DNA from: the human T2T-CHM13v2.0 reference genome, Homo sapiens
Assembly: GCF_009914755.1 (NCBI RefSeq)
Contig: NC_060926.1
Strand: one strand, 5' to 3'
DNA length: 64,000 bases
Shown here one piece after another: positions 1-15,770 of this stretch; the first letter of the stretch is position 1, and every line of letters starts with the position of its first letter. The notes under the pieces are model-generated. The model saw only the letters and a program-made list of their open reading frames with translations, was not told where the DNA came from and ran no database searches. Both the position numbers and the translations under genes were made by a program.

Positions 1-2080
1 GAAATTCTCAGTCATTGTTGCTTCACATGTTGCTTGTGTTCCTTTCTTGGAATTTGCATTATGCATATTTATACATTTAGTAGTATTCTGTTTTATTCTT
101 TTTTTTTTTTTTTTTGCCTTGCTTTTCAGTCTTGGAAGTTCCTATTGTCATATCATATTACCAGGCTCCAAGATTGTTCTGTCAGCTGTGTCCAGTCTAC
201 TAGTGAGCCCTTCAGATGCATCTCTATTATATTAAATAGTAATTTGTATCTTTGTTTCTTTTTCTGTTTTGATTTCTTTTTTTTTTTTTTTTTTTCAGAA
301 TTCTCATCTCTCTTCTTATATTATTCATCTGTTTTTGCATGTTGTCTGTTTTTTCCATTAAAGCCTTATAGTTTTCTGAAATTCCTGGTTGGAAAAGTAC
401 AGCATTCTTTTCATATCTGACTCTGATTCTGATGTTTGCTTAGCTGCTTAGTATGTCTTATAATTTTTCTTGAAAGGTGGACATGATGTAACTGGGTAAA
501 GGGAACTGCAGAAATACAGGACTTTAATGATGCGGTTTTATGGTGTGTTTTGTGGGGTGAGATTTGATAGTTTCATGATGAGGTCTGTCTTTTGGTGAGC
601 CTGTGTCTCTGGACTGTGAACTTCACCAGTGCTTCTCAGTTTTTCCCCCCTTAGGGTGGGACAGGCTGTCTAAAGGGGGCTGGAGTTGGGTATTTCTCTT
701 CTCCTGCATGGAAGACTAGAGGCAGCTGGACTCATCTTTTTCCTTCCCCCAGGTCTGATAGGCTTTGATAAAACCCAACAGAAGACATTCACACAGCTAA
801 CAAGCATATGAAAAAATGCATCACTAATCATTAGAGAAATGGAAATCAAAACCACAATGAGGTAGCATCTAACAGCAGTCAGAAAAGCTGTTATTAAAAA
901 GTCAAAAAGTAACAGATGCTGGTGAGGTTGCAGAGAAGAGGGAATGCTCATGCACTGCGGGTAGGAATGTAAATTAGTTCAGCCATTGTGGAAGCAGCGT
1001 AGCGATTTCTCAAAGAACTCAAAGCAGAATTACCATTCAACCCAGCAATCCCATTATTGGGTATATACCCAAAGAATTATAATCATTCTGCCATAAAGAC
1101 ACATCCACATGTATGTTCATTGCAGCACTATTCACAGCAGCAAAGACGTGGAGTCAACCTAAATGCCTATCAACAGTAGACTGGATAAAGAAAATGTGGT
1201 ACATATACACGATACATATATACATAGTCATAAAAGAACGAGATCATGTCCTTTGCAGCAACATGGATGGAGCTAAGGCCATTATCCTAAGTAAACTAAG
1301 ACAGGAACAGAAAACGGAATACTGCATGTTCTCACTTATAAGTGGGACCTAAATAAACATTGAGAACACATGGATACAAAGAAGGGAACAAGAGACACTG
1401 GGACCTCCTTCAGGGTGGAGGATGGAAGGAGGAAAAGGATCGAAAAACTATCTATTGGGTTCTATGTTTATTACCTGGGGGATAAAATAGTCTGTATATC
1501 AAACCCCCATGAGATGCAATTTACCTAATAACCTACACATTGAGGCCCTGAACCTAAAATAAAAGTTTAAGAAAAAAAGCAGGTTATACTCTGATAAAAT
1601 TGTTTCTCTTGATTGCAGGCATTGTTAAAAACAGAATGCTCTGGCACATTTCAAAATGCTTACCTTTCTGGAAGCACAAAGATATTTTTTCCCTAAGTAT
1701 TCACTGTGAGAACATGGTTGAGTTCTTGAAAGGTGATACTCACAAAGGTGTAAGGGCTTCCCAGTGACTGAGATGCCTGGATTTTTAATCTCTCAGAATT
1801 GGCCATACTGAGTCAATTACAGTTTAGGTTTTCCAGCCCTCCCTCTCCCCCATTGGTTTTCAGGAGGGTTTCTGCTAGTGGGTTTCTGTTCCCGTAAGTT
1901 GTGATTCTGTGTATTCACCTCTGTCTCCAGTTTTGGGTGCGATGCTTTTGCCTTGTGACCTCACAGATTTAAGTGTTGTTTATTTTCAGTTTGTTCAGCC
2001 TTTTATATGTTGTTAAGATGGGGTGGCAACTTCTAAGTTTCTTCTAAGTTTCTTACGTGCCTACCTGGAAACCAGAAGTC
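1..2080 (-). mobile_element. Old L1M 5' region (ORF1/5'UTR-like), antisense, interrupted at ~781-1578
   Basis: Motifs such as gtgtccagtctacta.tgagccc and ctctgataaaat.gtttctc...acagaatgctctggca resemble old L1M 5' ends. The sequence resumes after the younger L1 insert. Confidence 0.5.
781..1578 (+). mobile_element. 5'-truncated L1 3' end (late L1PA/L1PB-type)
   Basis: ORF2 C-terminal remnant (MFIAALFTAAKTWSQPKCLSTVDWIKKMWYIYT), L1 3'UTR and an A-rich tail ending aaaataaaagtttaagaaaaaaa. Confidence 0.92.
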
Positions 2081-2639
2081 TTACTTACAATTTTGTTTTC
2101 AGCTTTTTTTCCACTCGATGTTTAGACTTTTTTCCATATCGTCGTCTTTGTAATTTTTTATTGGTTGCATAATTTTTGAGGTTGATATACTTAAATTTCT
2201 TCTGATTGAGACAATTGGATTTATAACTTTTTAGAGGGTTTAACATTGATAACACTGCTTGCATTTGTAGCTTTGTTTTTTTAATTCTTAGAGATCTATA
2301 AAAACTTTAAAAATCTCTTGTGGAATTTTTAGTGTTTTAAAAATGTCTTCAGTAGTAATATTTGTCTTTGACAGAATGGACTTTAATTTCAGAAAACCCA
2401 TTCAGAGCCAAGTATGGTCAATAACTTAGATGTTATTTTGGTTTTAAAGAAGTTTTTGACTGTAAAATGTAGGACTCTTTTATACAATTTATAATCTTAT
2501 TCTGAAGACAGTTTCAGAGAGCAGTTCCTCAAATGCTTTCTTTATTTTTATTGGAATATGTATGCTCCCTAAGGATTAAGATAACTTATTCATTTATTTT
2601 TTTAAAAATAAATTTTTCTCAATATTTTTGTTTTATAAT

Positions 2640-2860
2640 TTTTAACTTTTACAGCTTTTAATAGATATAATGTACATATTTATGGGCTACATTGTGATGT
2701 AGTACATATAAATGTTAGTGACCAGATCAGGATAATAGCATGTCCATCATCTCAAACATTTATCATTTCTTTGTGGGGAACATTCAGTTATCCATCAATG
2801 CTGTAGAACACTAAGACTTATGCCACCTATCTAGCTGTAACTTTGTATCCAATAACAAAT
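2640..2860 (-). mobile_element. L1MA-type 3' fragment
   Basis: tgtacatatttatggg...catcatctcaaacatttatcatttctttgtg...ctatctagctgtaactttgtatcc matches an antisense L1MA 3'UTR pattern. Confidence 0.7.
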
Positions 2861-3629
2861 TAATTTTTTTTAAAGTCTCGTTTTATCTTCACCTCAATGA
2901 AAGCAAAATGAGTAGGTTTTATATTGTGTTCTGAAATATAAACAATTTAAGGCAATAGTTTAAAGAATTGGAGAATATTGTAGCTTATTCATTCACCAGT
3001 GTTAGTTGACCCACAATGTATAAGCTCAGTTTTCATGATATAAAGTCATTTTTTATCTACAACCTCAGTAAAGAATTTTATTTTTTGTATAGTAACTGAC
3101 AGTATTTGGCCACTTTTTTGGGAGATGTTTCTAGTGAATTTTTAGTCATTGATGATATTGAAGCAGGAACTGTTGATAGAGATGTCATATTGGGAGTTTA
3201 GGAATTTTAGTCCACTGACTATTGGAACCATTTCTGAAGGAGCTAGAATTATGATGTCAGATAGGCTGTTTTGAAGCGAACATGGATGGCACTGGAGGAA
3301 TAAGGTTATAGTTAAGGAGTAGAGACCCTAGCTGCAAATTCACCTTTATTATTAGATGGTTATGGGCAGGAAATATTTTTCATCTCTTTGATTACTTTGG
3401 CCTTGTTCTAGTAGTATTTGGTATATAGTGTTAAGAGAAATTGAAATATCGATGAATTTTCTAATTTTTTGGAATATAGAATTCAATCTTTAAGAATCTT
3501 TATGTCTTAGAGTTGGCATAGATTTATATTAGAATACAAGAGATAGGTTCTGAGAAAGTTGTGTTTAAACATTTTGTTTTACTTTTTATTTTGAGACTAT
3601 TTTAATTAAATTTTAAAATTTTGGCCTTA

Positions 3630-4170
3630 TTTCCAGTTTATAGAGAAGTTTCAAGAATAATATAATGAATTCTATCTACTGTTCTCCATGATTCATTAAA
3701 TGTTAACACTTAACAATATTTGCTTTCTGTTTTTTTAACTCTTTCTCTGTCACTTCTCTCTCTGTCAGCCTCTCTTTCTCCTCACCCTCATTATTTTCAT
3801 TCAGAACCCTTTTAGAGTAAGTTGTAAATGTTATGCTTCTTTACTTCTGAGTACTTCAATGTATGGTTTTTTAAAACACAGACATTCTTTTATATAACCA
3901 CAGCATTGTTATCAAAATCAGTCAGTTGTCATTGATACAATACAGTAATCTGTTGACCTCATGCATAATTTAATAATTGTCCGAAAAATGTCCTTTGCAG
4001 TGAAGAAAAATCCCAAATAATGCATTGCCTTTACTTACCATGTCTCTTCAGTCTACTGCTGAGTCTTTTTGTCCTTCATGCCACTGACATTTTTAGATTA
4101 CAAGCCAATTATTTTCTCAAAAGTTCCTCAATTTGGGTATACTTGTTTCCTCATGACATGATTCAGTTTC
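3630..4170 (-). mobile_element. Old L1M (ME/MC) 3' fragment
   Basis: Degenerate L1 3'UTR motifs (tttatagagaagtttcaagaataa, gacattcttttatataaccacag). Confidence 0.5.
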
Positions 4171-4179
4171 ACATGTGGT

Positions 4180-5750
4180 TTTTTTTATGCTTTATTGTGG
4201 TAAAATATACATAACATAAATTTACCCTCTTAACAATTTTTAAGTGTACATTACAGGTATATAGTTTAACTATGTCACATTGTTGTACAACAGGTCTCTA
4301 AAACTTTTACATTTTGTAAAACTTAAACTATGTATACCCATTGAACAACCTCCTGTTACCCTCCAGCCGCTGGCAACCACCATTCTGCTTTTTGTTTTTA
4401 AGAATTTGACTACTTTGGATACACCATATATGTGGAATCATGCAGTATTTGTCTTTTTGTGACTGGCTTATTTCATTTAGCATAACGTCCTCAAGATTCA
4501 TCCATGTTGTAAACAAGATTTCCTTTAAGACTGTTAATAGTCTATTGTGTGTATGTACCATACTGTTTTTATCAATTAATTGGTCCATGGACATTTGGGT
4601 TGCTTCCACTTCTTAGCCATTGTGAATAATGCTGTAATGAACATGGATGTGGACACGTCTCTTCAAGGTCTTGTTTTCAGTTCTTTTGGATATATACACA
4701 GAAGTGAGATTGCTGGATCATATAGTAGTTCTATTTTAAATTTTTTCAGAAACTACTCCTGTTTTTCATAAGGGCTGTACCAGCGACAGTAGTACAGTAG
4801 TTACATTCTTACCAGCAGTGCACAGTTTCACTTTCTCCAAATCCTTGCCAACATGTGTAATTTTCTGTTAGTTTGATAGTGGCCATCCTAACAGGTAGGA
4901 GTTGATGTCTCATTGTGGTTTTGATTTGCATTTCCCTGATGATTACTGATGTTGAGCATCTTTTTGTATGCCGGCCATTTGTATATCATTGTGTTTTTTT
5001 GTTTGTTTTTTAATACTTAAAGAATTTTTTTTTCATACCTCAAAAGAGTTGAGTATGTATATCTTCTTTGAAGACCTGTCTCTTTAGATCCTTTGCCCAT
5101 TTAAAAAATCTTTAAATTTTTGCTTTTGGGTTTTTTTTTTGTTTTGTTTTTTGTTTTTTTTTTTTTTTTGCGTTTTTTTGTTTTTGAGTTTTAGGAGTTC
5201 TTTATATATTTGGATATTAATTGTTTATCCACTACATGGTTTGCAGATATTTTTCCCTTTCCATAAGGTTGCCTTTGCAGTCTGTTGATTGTTTCCTTTG
5301 CCCTGAAGAGGTTTTTTAGTTTGATGTAATGCCATTTGTCTGTTTTTTCTTTGTTACTGGTGCTTTAATGTCATATCCAAGAAATCACTGTCAAATTCAA
5401 TGTCATGAAGTCTTTCTTCCTGTATTTTCTTCTAGGAGTTTTATAATTTTGTGTCTTACATTTAGGTATTTAATCCATTTGGGGTTGATTTTTAAATATA
5501 TGCTATAAGGTAAGGATCCAATTTCATTATTTTGCATGTGAATATTCAGTTTCACCAGCTCATTTATTGAAGAGACTGTCCTTTTCCCATTGTGTAGTCT
5601 TGGTATCCTTGTCAATCATTTGACCATATATGTCAGGGTTTATTTCTGGGGTTTCTGTTCTGTTCCATTGGTCTGTATGTCTGTCTTTATGCCAATTCCA
5701 TACTGTTTAAATCACTATAGCTTTATAATTTGTTTTAAAATCCAAAGACT
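4180..5750 (-). mobile_element. L1MB-type 3' end with ORF2 remnants
   Basis: Starts tttattgtggtaaaatatacataacataaatttaccctcttaac. Minus-strand ORFs 4328-4609 and 5403-5615 translate to degenerate L1 ORF2 (TTWMNLEDVMLNEISQSQKDKYCMI; KINPKWIKYLNVR). Confidence 0.9.
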
Positions 5751-6375
5751 ACTGTTTCAGATATTTCTGATGTCTTCTGTATACTGAGTTTATATCTTTG
5801 TCCATTCACTTCCTTACTAACATTAGAACAACAACTCTGTTAAAAAATAAATACTCTATTTAACTTTTCAAGTTCCTTACCATGTAGTGGCCTATGAAGA
5901 TATGTTCACTTTCTATGACATATTTATTATTTTATGCCATTAGATGTTCTTAGTGGAATTTCTTTTTTTGTATATATAATGTTATTTTAATGTTAGTTTT
6001 TACTGGTTAAGCTAAGGTATTGCCTGAACACAGATGTCTGAATAAAACTTTTTGCCTTCATTCTATGCTTGTTAAGAGTGAGTGAGAAAGATACTGGGTT
6101 TGAACAGAAAATGTGGGAGAATCTCAGATGATAACAGAGGGATCACTGATCCAGAATATTTTTTAAAACACAAAATTATCTTTAGATTCACAAAATAACA
6201 TGATCTTGTTTTATTTCAAAAGATAATGCATTCAAATGATTTCAAAAGAAAAGTGTATAAAAATAAACTCACTTCTGTACACTCTCCACTCCAACCACCC
6301 CTCCTTTATAAGTGACCACAAGTGACCATAAGTTCATGTATTCTTTTAGGGTTTCAAGCACATAGGAATTTGTAT

Positions 6376-6630
6376 TCTTTTCTTTTCTCTTTTGAGACAG
6401 AGTCTCACTCACTTCATCACCTAGGCTGGAGTTCAGTGGCATGCTCATGGCTCACTGCAGCCTCAACTTTCTGCACTCAAGTGATCCTCCTGCCTGAGCC
6501 TCCCCAACAGCTAGAATCACAGGAGCTTACCATGTTGCTCAGGCTGGTTTTGAATTCCTAGGCTCAAGCAGTCTCCCACCTCGGCCTCCCAAAATACTAG
6601 GATTACAGGCATGAGCCACCACACCCTGCC
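6376..6630 (-). mobile_element. AluJ, internally deleted
   Basis: gagacagagtctcactc...ctcccaaaatactaggattacaggcatgagccacc; the middle A-rich linker is missing. Confidence 0.85.
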
Positions 6631-6851
6631 AAGAAAGTGTATTTTTAAACCTTATCTTACATCTGTATGCTTTTTGTAGCACCTTGCTTTTTTTGTTTGT
6701 TTGTTTGTTTTGCTTAATAATATAGTCTCAAAATTATCCTATATTAATATGTACATATGTTCTCATTCTTTTTTTTTTTAATCACTGCATAATAGTCCAT
6801 TGTTTGGGTGTGCTCGTTTATTATCCAGTTTCCTAGAAAAAACGAACTTAA

Positions 6852-7481
<630 letters not shown>

Positions 7482-8858
7482 TTATAAATAGTTCATGGTG
7501 AATAATGGATAACTGTGAACAAATAGAATTTCATAGAGATGTGATGATATCTGTTACAGAAGTTGCCAAATCACTCTGTAGGAGTTATACCATTTTGTAC
7601 TAGCTTGTACAGGAGTGCTTGTTTTCCTACACCCTGTCAAAAGACTGCTTTTAGTTTTGAAATTTTGCTAATCTGACAGGTGAAAAATTACATACCTCAG
7701 AGTAGTATTTTTTTTAATAAGCCTTTTATTTTGGAAAATTTTTAGATTTACTGAAGAGTTGGCAAAGGTAGTATAGATAGTTCCTGTATCTATACCTCTC
7801 ATCCAGTTTTAGTTTCCTTTAATGTAACATCTTGCATTACCTGTGTCAGAAGTACATTATTATTAACTAAACCCCAGACTTTACTTGAATTTCTCTCAGG
7901 ATTGTTTTAGTTTAGATTTCATGTTAAGAATGAAGTTGGGTATCTTTTCATCTGTTTAGGAGCCATTTGCATTTTTACCTTCTAAACTATTACTGTCCTT
8001 CACCCAGTTTTCCATTTGGTTATTATAAAGCAACAAGGGATGGAAAATCTGATGAATGAGAAAAAACCTAAGAAAATGCATAGTTAGAGAGAGAATAAAA
8101 GGGTCATTATCTTTACACAACTGCCTTTTAAAATCATTAAAAAATATATATTCTTGTATCCCCTAGATGCTGTCATTAGGCTCTGTCCTCTCTGTAATTA
8201 TGAAAATCCTTCCCTGAAAGATGTGCAGTATCCAGTTGCCATTCTTATGGCCTGTGGTTCTCATAGTTGTCATCATTACCACTAATTTTGGCCAGTAATA
8301 TTTGTTACTTAATATAAAATGTGAATTTTGCAAAGGAGGAGAGGAGTGTAGTGTGTAGTTAGCTAGTCAGCAAAAAGACTAGGAATAATCTTGATTATGG
8401 CATGAACCTGGAGTTTTAAAAATTTTAAATTAGTCAGTAGACTTGGATTGCATTACCTTGTGGAATATGGCTTTGAACTTTTCTGCACTTCATTTTCTTG
8501 AGTTGTCAATTGGTAGAGGTGGGAGTTGTGCATATGATCTGCAGCCAAGTTTTATAATTCTAGGAAGTCTGGAAGATTCAACATGAAGAGTCCTAGGTAT
8601 CAGCATTCAGGGTCTTTTAGTACATGTTTAAGCTAAAGTTGGAAGCTAGGTCAGAACTTTGGAGAGCTCCAAGCAAAGGAGATTATGGTGCTTGGGTTGC
8701 TTCTGAACTTTTAGATACATTTGCTTTTCATTAGCTGTCTTTAAGGTTATTGAAGCCTGAGAACCTTAAAGGTTTACAGATTTTTAAAGTTCAGTGTATT
8801 TCACAGTTACCACAAGTAAAGTTTATAATGTTTTAGAGCAAAGACTGTGGGTTTAGAG

Positions 8859-9027
8859 CAGTATTTCTCTAAACATGGTCCAACATCACTTGGGAACACG
8901 TTAGAAATGCACATTAACAAGCCCCACCCCAAATCTACTGGATCAGAAACTGATGATCAGGCCCAGTAACCTGTTTTAACAAACCCTTCAGATGATTCTG
9001 GTGAGTGCTAGAGTTTGAGAAACACTG
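8859..9027. mobile_element. MER5A (hAT-Charlie MITE)
   Basis: Terminal inverted repeats cagtatttctc...gagaaacactg; internal ttagaaatgc, gccccaccccaaatctactggatcagaaac. Confidence 0.85.
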
Positions 9028-9801
9028 GCTTACAGGCTTTCGTGATACTTACATCAAGGAGGGGCATCTGAGTCTGTCAGATCCCATGATATCCTTAGGG
9101 TTGAGAAGTATACAGGCTCTGAGGAAAATATGGTTTTATTTAAATACTTCTTAGTTCATATGTCTACCTACTGAGAGGCCATTTTAGTATATACTAGGAT
9201 CCATTTAACTGAAAGTTAGATATACAACAGCACTATTGCTAGACTTGTAAACTATTCAACCCTGCATTCTTTAAATCTACGTTTTATATTTGTGCATATA
9301 ACTTCATTGAACATATGGTCCTGAATATTTGTTCTGCTTGAAAATGGATTTGTATCATATAGCTTTTATCCAGTCTTGTTTTTGATAATTTATATCTCTT
9401 GCAGTTAAGGATATCCTCTCTGCTTTCGTGTCTGTTCCTGCTGCTCTGTTTAGAATACCCTTGCATCTACTTTCTCTTTGCCATTTAGTATTAGTACCTA
9501 ACCTAATTTAGAAGGGATACTGTTATACATGTTGTACTTGAGGTACAGTCAGTGTTGGTTGTTACTGGATTCATTGGAGTGGTAAAAATAGTTTTGAAAA
9601 GTTATATAAGAAAGGAAATACAGAGTTGCAAGAGGATAGACCAAAGAGATTTTAAGGGAATGACACTTTTGCAGAGTGCTGTTAATACTCAAAATAATCG
9701 CCTTTAGAAACAAGGTGTGCTTGTGTTTCTGTCTTATTTAGTTGCCTGCTATCAAGAGGTTTAGATATTGACAAATAATTTCCAGAAGTAAATATTTAGG
9801 A

Positions 9802-10093
<292 letters not shown>

Positions 10094-10752
10094 AGAAATT
10101 TACAGATGCATGAAAGTAGGGGCTTTGTATAAACATGGATATTGCTTCTCTTTACATTAAAAAACACCACCATTGATAATTCATAGATAAATGTTGGAAA
10201 GCTTAAATGTATAAGTCTAACAAAAATAATCTTTTGATTTATCTGTATCTTTGCTCCCCTTGACAGTCCAAAGAATTTTTCCTTACTGCTGTTATGATTA
10301 GAAAGGTTTAATTTAGCTTCTGTGTGGTATAGTGGGAAAAGTACTGAGCTCATTGTTCATTTACTAATTGGTAAGATTTATAAACAGTATCTCATTTATT
10401 TACAAAAAGCTACCACAGGGAATTTGCAGTCTTTTGTAACAATTGATAAAAAAGAGTGAATGTCAGTACTACATGGAAGTTGTCCAGGCTCTCTTATGGT
10501 TTTTCCTCACCAAGGGGAGCTAGAATCAGGAAATAAAGTAAAATCTTCTGTGGGAAGGGGCAAAGAGTTCTTTCAGTTCTATTATTCTAAGAAAATTAAA
10601 AATGACTGCCTGTACCTAAGGGGTTCCTTTCCCAGAGAGGTGCACCCGCGGTCTTGCACAGCTCTTAGCTAGTGACTGGTTGCATTTTCTCCTGATGCCG
10701 TCAAACAGTGCTTTATTGCAGTCTGTTTGTCTCAGCACCCACAAGTCAGTGA

Positions 10753-11097
<345 letters not shown>

Positions 11098-11724
11098 TGA
11101 GGTAGTAGCCAACCACTCTGAGTGGCTTATGTGGTCATCTAAAATAGCATTTATAGTTTGTTTGGACTCTGATAACAAAATGATAAGTTTTTTTATAAAC
11201 CTGTATTTTTGTATGCAATTTTGCATATAAAGGATTTTTTTAGGAATATCTATCATGTTATAGCAGACATATTTGTATTTTTCATAATAATGTAAATCAA
11301 ATTATAATGGTCAATTCTAAATATTAAGTGAATAGCTCTTTTTTTTTTTTTTTTTTTTTTCAGTTAATAAAAAACAAGAAACTAACTTTAGGGACCCAGA
11401 CACAAATTACTGGCCAAATTCAGACTTGAACTTTTTTGAACTTTTTAGAGCTAGTCAATCCTTAAGGAAGATTTTATTTTTTAAAGAATAATAGATTTCT
11501 TGCCGTTAGCTCCCATCCCTAAGAGTATTTCAAACAGTATCTCTTGATAATATCACATAAGATTGTTTTCTCTGTATATGGATGATGAAGCTGGAGAGAG
11601 GGCCTAGAGGAAACCATACCACAAAGAGTGAAATCTTGAAAATTGTACTTCCTTAGTAGCCTTTGCTGATCATTCACATTCCCAGTTTCTCAGAAATACT
11701 TTACTTTTCCTAATGAACTTAAAC

Positions 11725-11869
11725 TAGGGATGAGCAAATCTTTTTTGTGTAAAGGGCTAGTTAGTAAATATATTGGGTTCTGGGAGGCCACTATTGATCT
11801 CTATCACATATTCTTCTCCTTTTCTCCTATTCCTTTTTATTATTACCTTTCTCTTTTCTTTCTCTCTCT

Positions 11870-11906
<37 letters not shown>

Positions 11907-12317
11907 ATACAGGGTCTCACTCTGTCACCCAGGCGGGAGTGCAGTGCCGCCATCATAGCTCACTGCATCCTTGAGCTCCTGGGCTCCAGCCATCCTCCCA
12001 GCTCAGCCTCCCGGGTAGCTGGTACTACAGGCTTAACGCCACTGCCCCCAGCTGTTTTTTTGTAGTGATGGAGTTTCACCATGTTGTCCAGGCTGGTCTT
12101 GAACTCCTGGGCTCAAGCAATCCTCCACCATAACCTCCCAAAGTCCTGGGATTACAGCCGTGAGCCACCGTGCCTGACCCTTTTTATTATTACTTTTAAA
12201 ATTATCCATTAAAAATGTAAAAATCTGTTTGTTCATTTTGTTTTACCTTTTCACAGCCTTACCAAAAACAAGCTGCAGGCCAGACTTGTCTCACAGACCA
12301 TAGTTTGCCATTCCTTG
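11725..12317. mobile_element. MER58 (B-like) hAT MITE interrupted by an AluJ
   Basis: Left end gcaaatcttttttgtgtaaagggctagttagtaaatat; right end aaaaacaagctgcaggccagac...catagtttgccattccttg. Confidence 0.8.
11873..12179 (-). mobile_element. AluJ
   Basis: Long T-run, then gatacagggtctcactctgtcacccagg...ctcctgggctcaagcaatcctcc. Confidence 0.92.
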
Positions 12318-12964
12318 GGCTAGACTGTTTTAACCAAAGAAATAATTAGAATCCACTGGAAAGTAGCTTAGAATCACTTTTCTTTTCCAAGAAAATGGAA
12401 AACATATAGGAAAAGAAATGATTTGTGATATCACTTGTCTTTTACTTAGCAAGTCCCCATGCCTGGTTGTTTATTACTTCTTTTTTGCTTTAAATTAGAA
12501 TTTTATATATATGGACTCACAGAATAATAGAAAAAATTATTCCTACATGTAACCATGGTTGGATACATGTTATCCCCGTCTTTTTTTTTCTATGAATTAA
12601 TTTGAAATGTTTCCCCATTGAAGCCCTAGTGACTTTAAGTTTTATAAATCAAAAGCACATTGGGTACAAATTAATCTTTAAAAAAATAAGCCAGAGAAAT
12701 AGATGTAGCAGCTCATACATGGGAAGTGTTAACCTTCAGAGAGGCAGAAATAAGTACTTTTTTTTTTGCAATACACTTTTATGATTTCCAGTTATTCATA
12801 GTTGAGACTTCAAATTATTTAAACTAAAAACCATGATTTCTGTATACAACGATTATTAAGAACGTTAATATTAAAAAGACCTATAAAATTCTATAGTACT
12901 TGACTTTCACTTCTGGCTAAATTAGAGGATAGTCTTGATCTACTAATAGGGTATAGTAATGGAG

Positions 12965-13096
12965 TTCAGTAATAATAATTGCTTGCCTTTATTGAACACA
13001 TACTTTGTAGGGGGCAGTGTAATATGCACAAATTATTTCATTTAATTTCTACAAGAATCTTTGGAGATAGGTGCATTTATTGCCCTTGTTTTATAG
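12965..13096. mobile_element. MIR fragment
   Basis: tttattgaacacatactttgt...tcatttaatttctacaagaatct.tggagataggt...ttttatag, a MIR core pattern. Confidence 0.6.
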
Positions 13097-15770
13097 CAAC
13101 TAATCTGTTATCCATCTCTATTATTTTGTCATTTCAAGGAATGTTATGTAAGTGAAATCTACAGTATGTATATAACTTTTTGGAATTGATTTCTTTTTTT
13201 TTTTTTTAACTCAGCCTAATTCCATTGAGATTATCCAAGTTGTTGCATGTGTCAGTAGTTTGATCTTATTTATTGCTGAGTATAATTTCATGTTCTACAG
13301 TTTTTTTTTTATCATTGAAGGACATTTGAATTGTTTCTAATTTTTGGCTATTATGAATAAAGTTGCTATGAACATTTGTGTGCATGTTTTTATGTAAACA
13401 TAGTTTCCGTTTCATAAATATTTTGTACAAATATATCTCAGTTTTCCTATTCTTATTGATGGACATGTTTTTGCTTATATGAATATAATGTTATGAATGG
13501 CCTTGTGTGTGTCATCTTGTCCACATTTATGAGAGCTTTTCTAGGTAGGTTGTGGGCCTATAAGTGGAATTGCTGGGTCTTATAAAAAGTACATGTTTAA
13601 CTTTAGATACTGCAGAATTGTTCTTCAAACTGATATCAGTTTATATTTTCACCAGTAGTGTATGAGAGTTCTTGTTGTCTCATATTTTTATCAACACTTG
13701 TTACTGTGAAACTTTACAATTTTTGTCAGTTTGATGGGTATGAATTGGTATTTGTTGATTTAAATTTGCCTCTTATCAATCACAAAAGAGAAGTTAAACA
13801 TTTTTATGTAGATTACCTTTTCCTATCTTTGGGTCCATTTTTCTCTGGGTCATTTTCTTACTGAATTTTTAAAGAGACTCTTTATATATTCTACATATTT
13901 ATCTTTTTAAAAACTTTTATGGAAAAATTTTAACATTCAAAAGTAGAAATAATAATAATGAACGGTCATATACTACTGGCCAATATTGTTTCTCTATACT
14001 TATACCTTTTCTTCCACCTCCATGATTTTATAGCCATCCCAAAATTATTTGCTCTGGGGGTATTAAAGCATAGTTATAATATTATCTAAAAGTATTATAG
14101 TAATACTATTAATATGTAATAATACTGTTAGAATAATATCATATCACTCCTTAAAAGAAAAACATCGTTTTCTTAATATCATCAAATATTTAATCAGTGT
14201 GCATATTTCTTGACTGTCTTATAAGTGATCTCATTTATCTTACTTTTTTTTAACAGCTGATACTTTTGAATTGGGATCCAGAAAATTTCCATGTGTTATA
14301 GCTGGTTAATCAGTCTCTTAAGATTCTTTTAATCAGGAATCAAGCATTTATCTTTCTTTTCTATGTACTGTATTTCAGGATCTCTGAATAATTGAGAAAG
14401 AGGAAGGTTCTCTTTGTAGAAGTATTCCAGCTAATGTAAATCAAGCAGGAATGATAAAAAATTATTTTGTAACCCCTAATGAATTAGTGCATCAAGGTAA
14501 TTGTCATTAATGGTTGCTGACATCACAAAAGAAGAGAAACAATGAAAAATTATATACTTCCTGATGGAGACTGATTTTTTAGTACTCTCCAGAAATGATT
14601 ATGAGGATGTTTATTTTGTTTTAAAGTCATTATGGATCATGGATTTATACATTTGTATTATATTTTAATCCATTGAATTTATTATCCTTATTGCTGTTTT
14701 TGGGCAGTAGGAACCTATTCAGGTTTGCTCTTGAGGTTTTTTTTGACGTGATAATATTATACCAGAAAGCAAGAAAACTAAAATGTGGTAGGGTTACCTT
14801 ACATGTTTTCCTGGCCCAGATCTGAAGTCATTCATTTCCACAGGGTGCTCTTGTTTCTTTTAGTGGGAAATTGTATTTGGAGACTGTAAGTTGGGTCCTA
14901 GGGGTGTTCATTACTACTGGGTTGGCCATGTCTCTAAGATTGATTAGTAGGCCTGACCTATGAAATATGCACTTAAAAAATTTTGAGATAAAATACATCA
15001 TGAATTTATATTACGATTTCTCTAATTCAAGACTAAAGGTTTTAGCCTTCCACACTTTTTTCTACAGTTACTTTTTTTCCACACTTACTTTTTTTTAATA
15101 TCAGTTCTTAAGGGCATTTGCATAATCCCCATGTTTTGTCACAGTAGTCTCAGAATAATAATACCAACTCTTTCACCAACAATATAATTTTACCAAAAAA
15201 GTTTCAGGGCCGCACACGATGGCTCATGCCTGTAGTTTCAGCAGTTTGGGAGGCTGAGGCAGGCAGATCGCTTCAGCCTAGGAGTTCAAAAGCAGCCTGG
15301 GGAACATGGTGAAACCCCATTTCTACAAAAAAAAAAAAAAAATTAGCCACGCCTGGTGGCATGCATCTGTAGTCCTAGCTACTTGGGAAGCTGAAGTGGG
15401 AGAATGACTTGAGCCCAGGAGATCAAGACTGCAGCCAAGATTGTGCCATTGCACTCCAGCCTGGGCAGCAGAGCAAGACCATGTCTCAAGAAAGAAATAA
15501 AACTAATTTCAGGTTTTTTTGTTTGTTGATCGATTGATTTTTGCTTTTATTTCTTAGGGTATTCCCACTAGAAATGTACAGTCACTTTACAGTATCTTAA
15601 AGGCACTTTCAGTAGAACCCAAGTGACAATTGGCTTTACTTGTTCCATTTACTTTGTAATTTTAGGGATTTTTTTCAACACGTTATTTCATTTTGTAATT
15701 ATGTAAAATATTTACATGATACTAAAAGTCCTATCTATAAAATTAAATATATTCAAAGAGGTCTAGTTAT
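13097..15770 (-). mobile_element. Mosaic of old L1M fragments, mostly antisense
   Basis: ttggctattatgaataaagttgctatgaacatttgtgtgcatg and aagtggaattgctgggtc; ORF 13266-13466 is a frameshifted L1 ORF2 end. Confidence 0.65.
15207..15501 (+). mobile_element. AluJ
   Basis: Alu dimer with cttgagcccaggagatcaagactgcag. Confidence 0.9.
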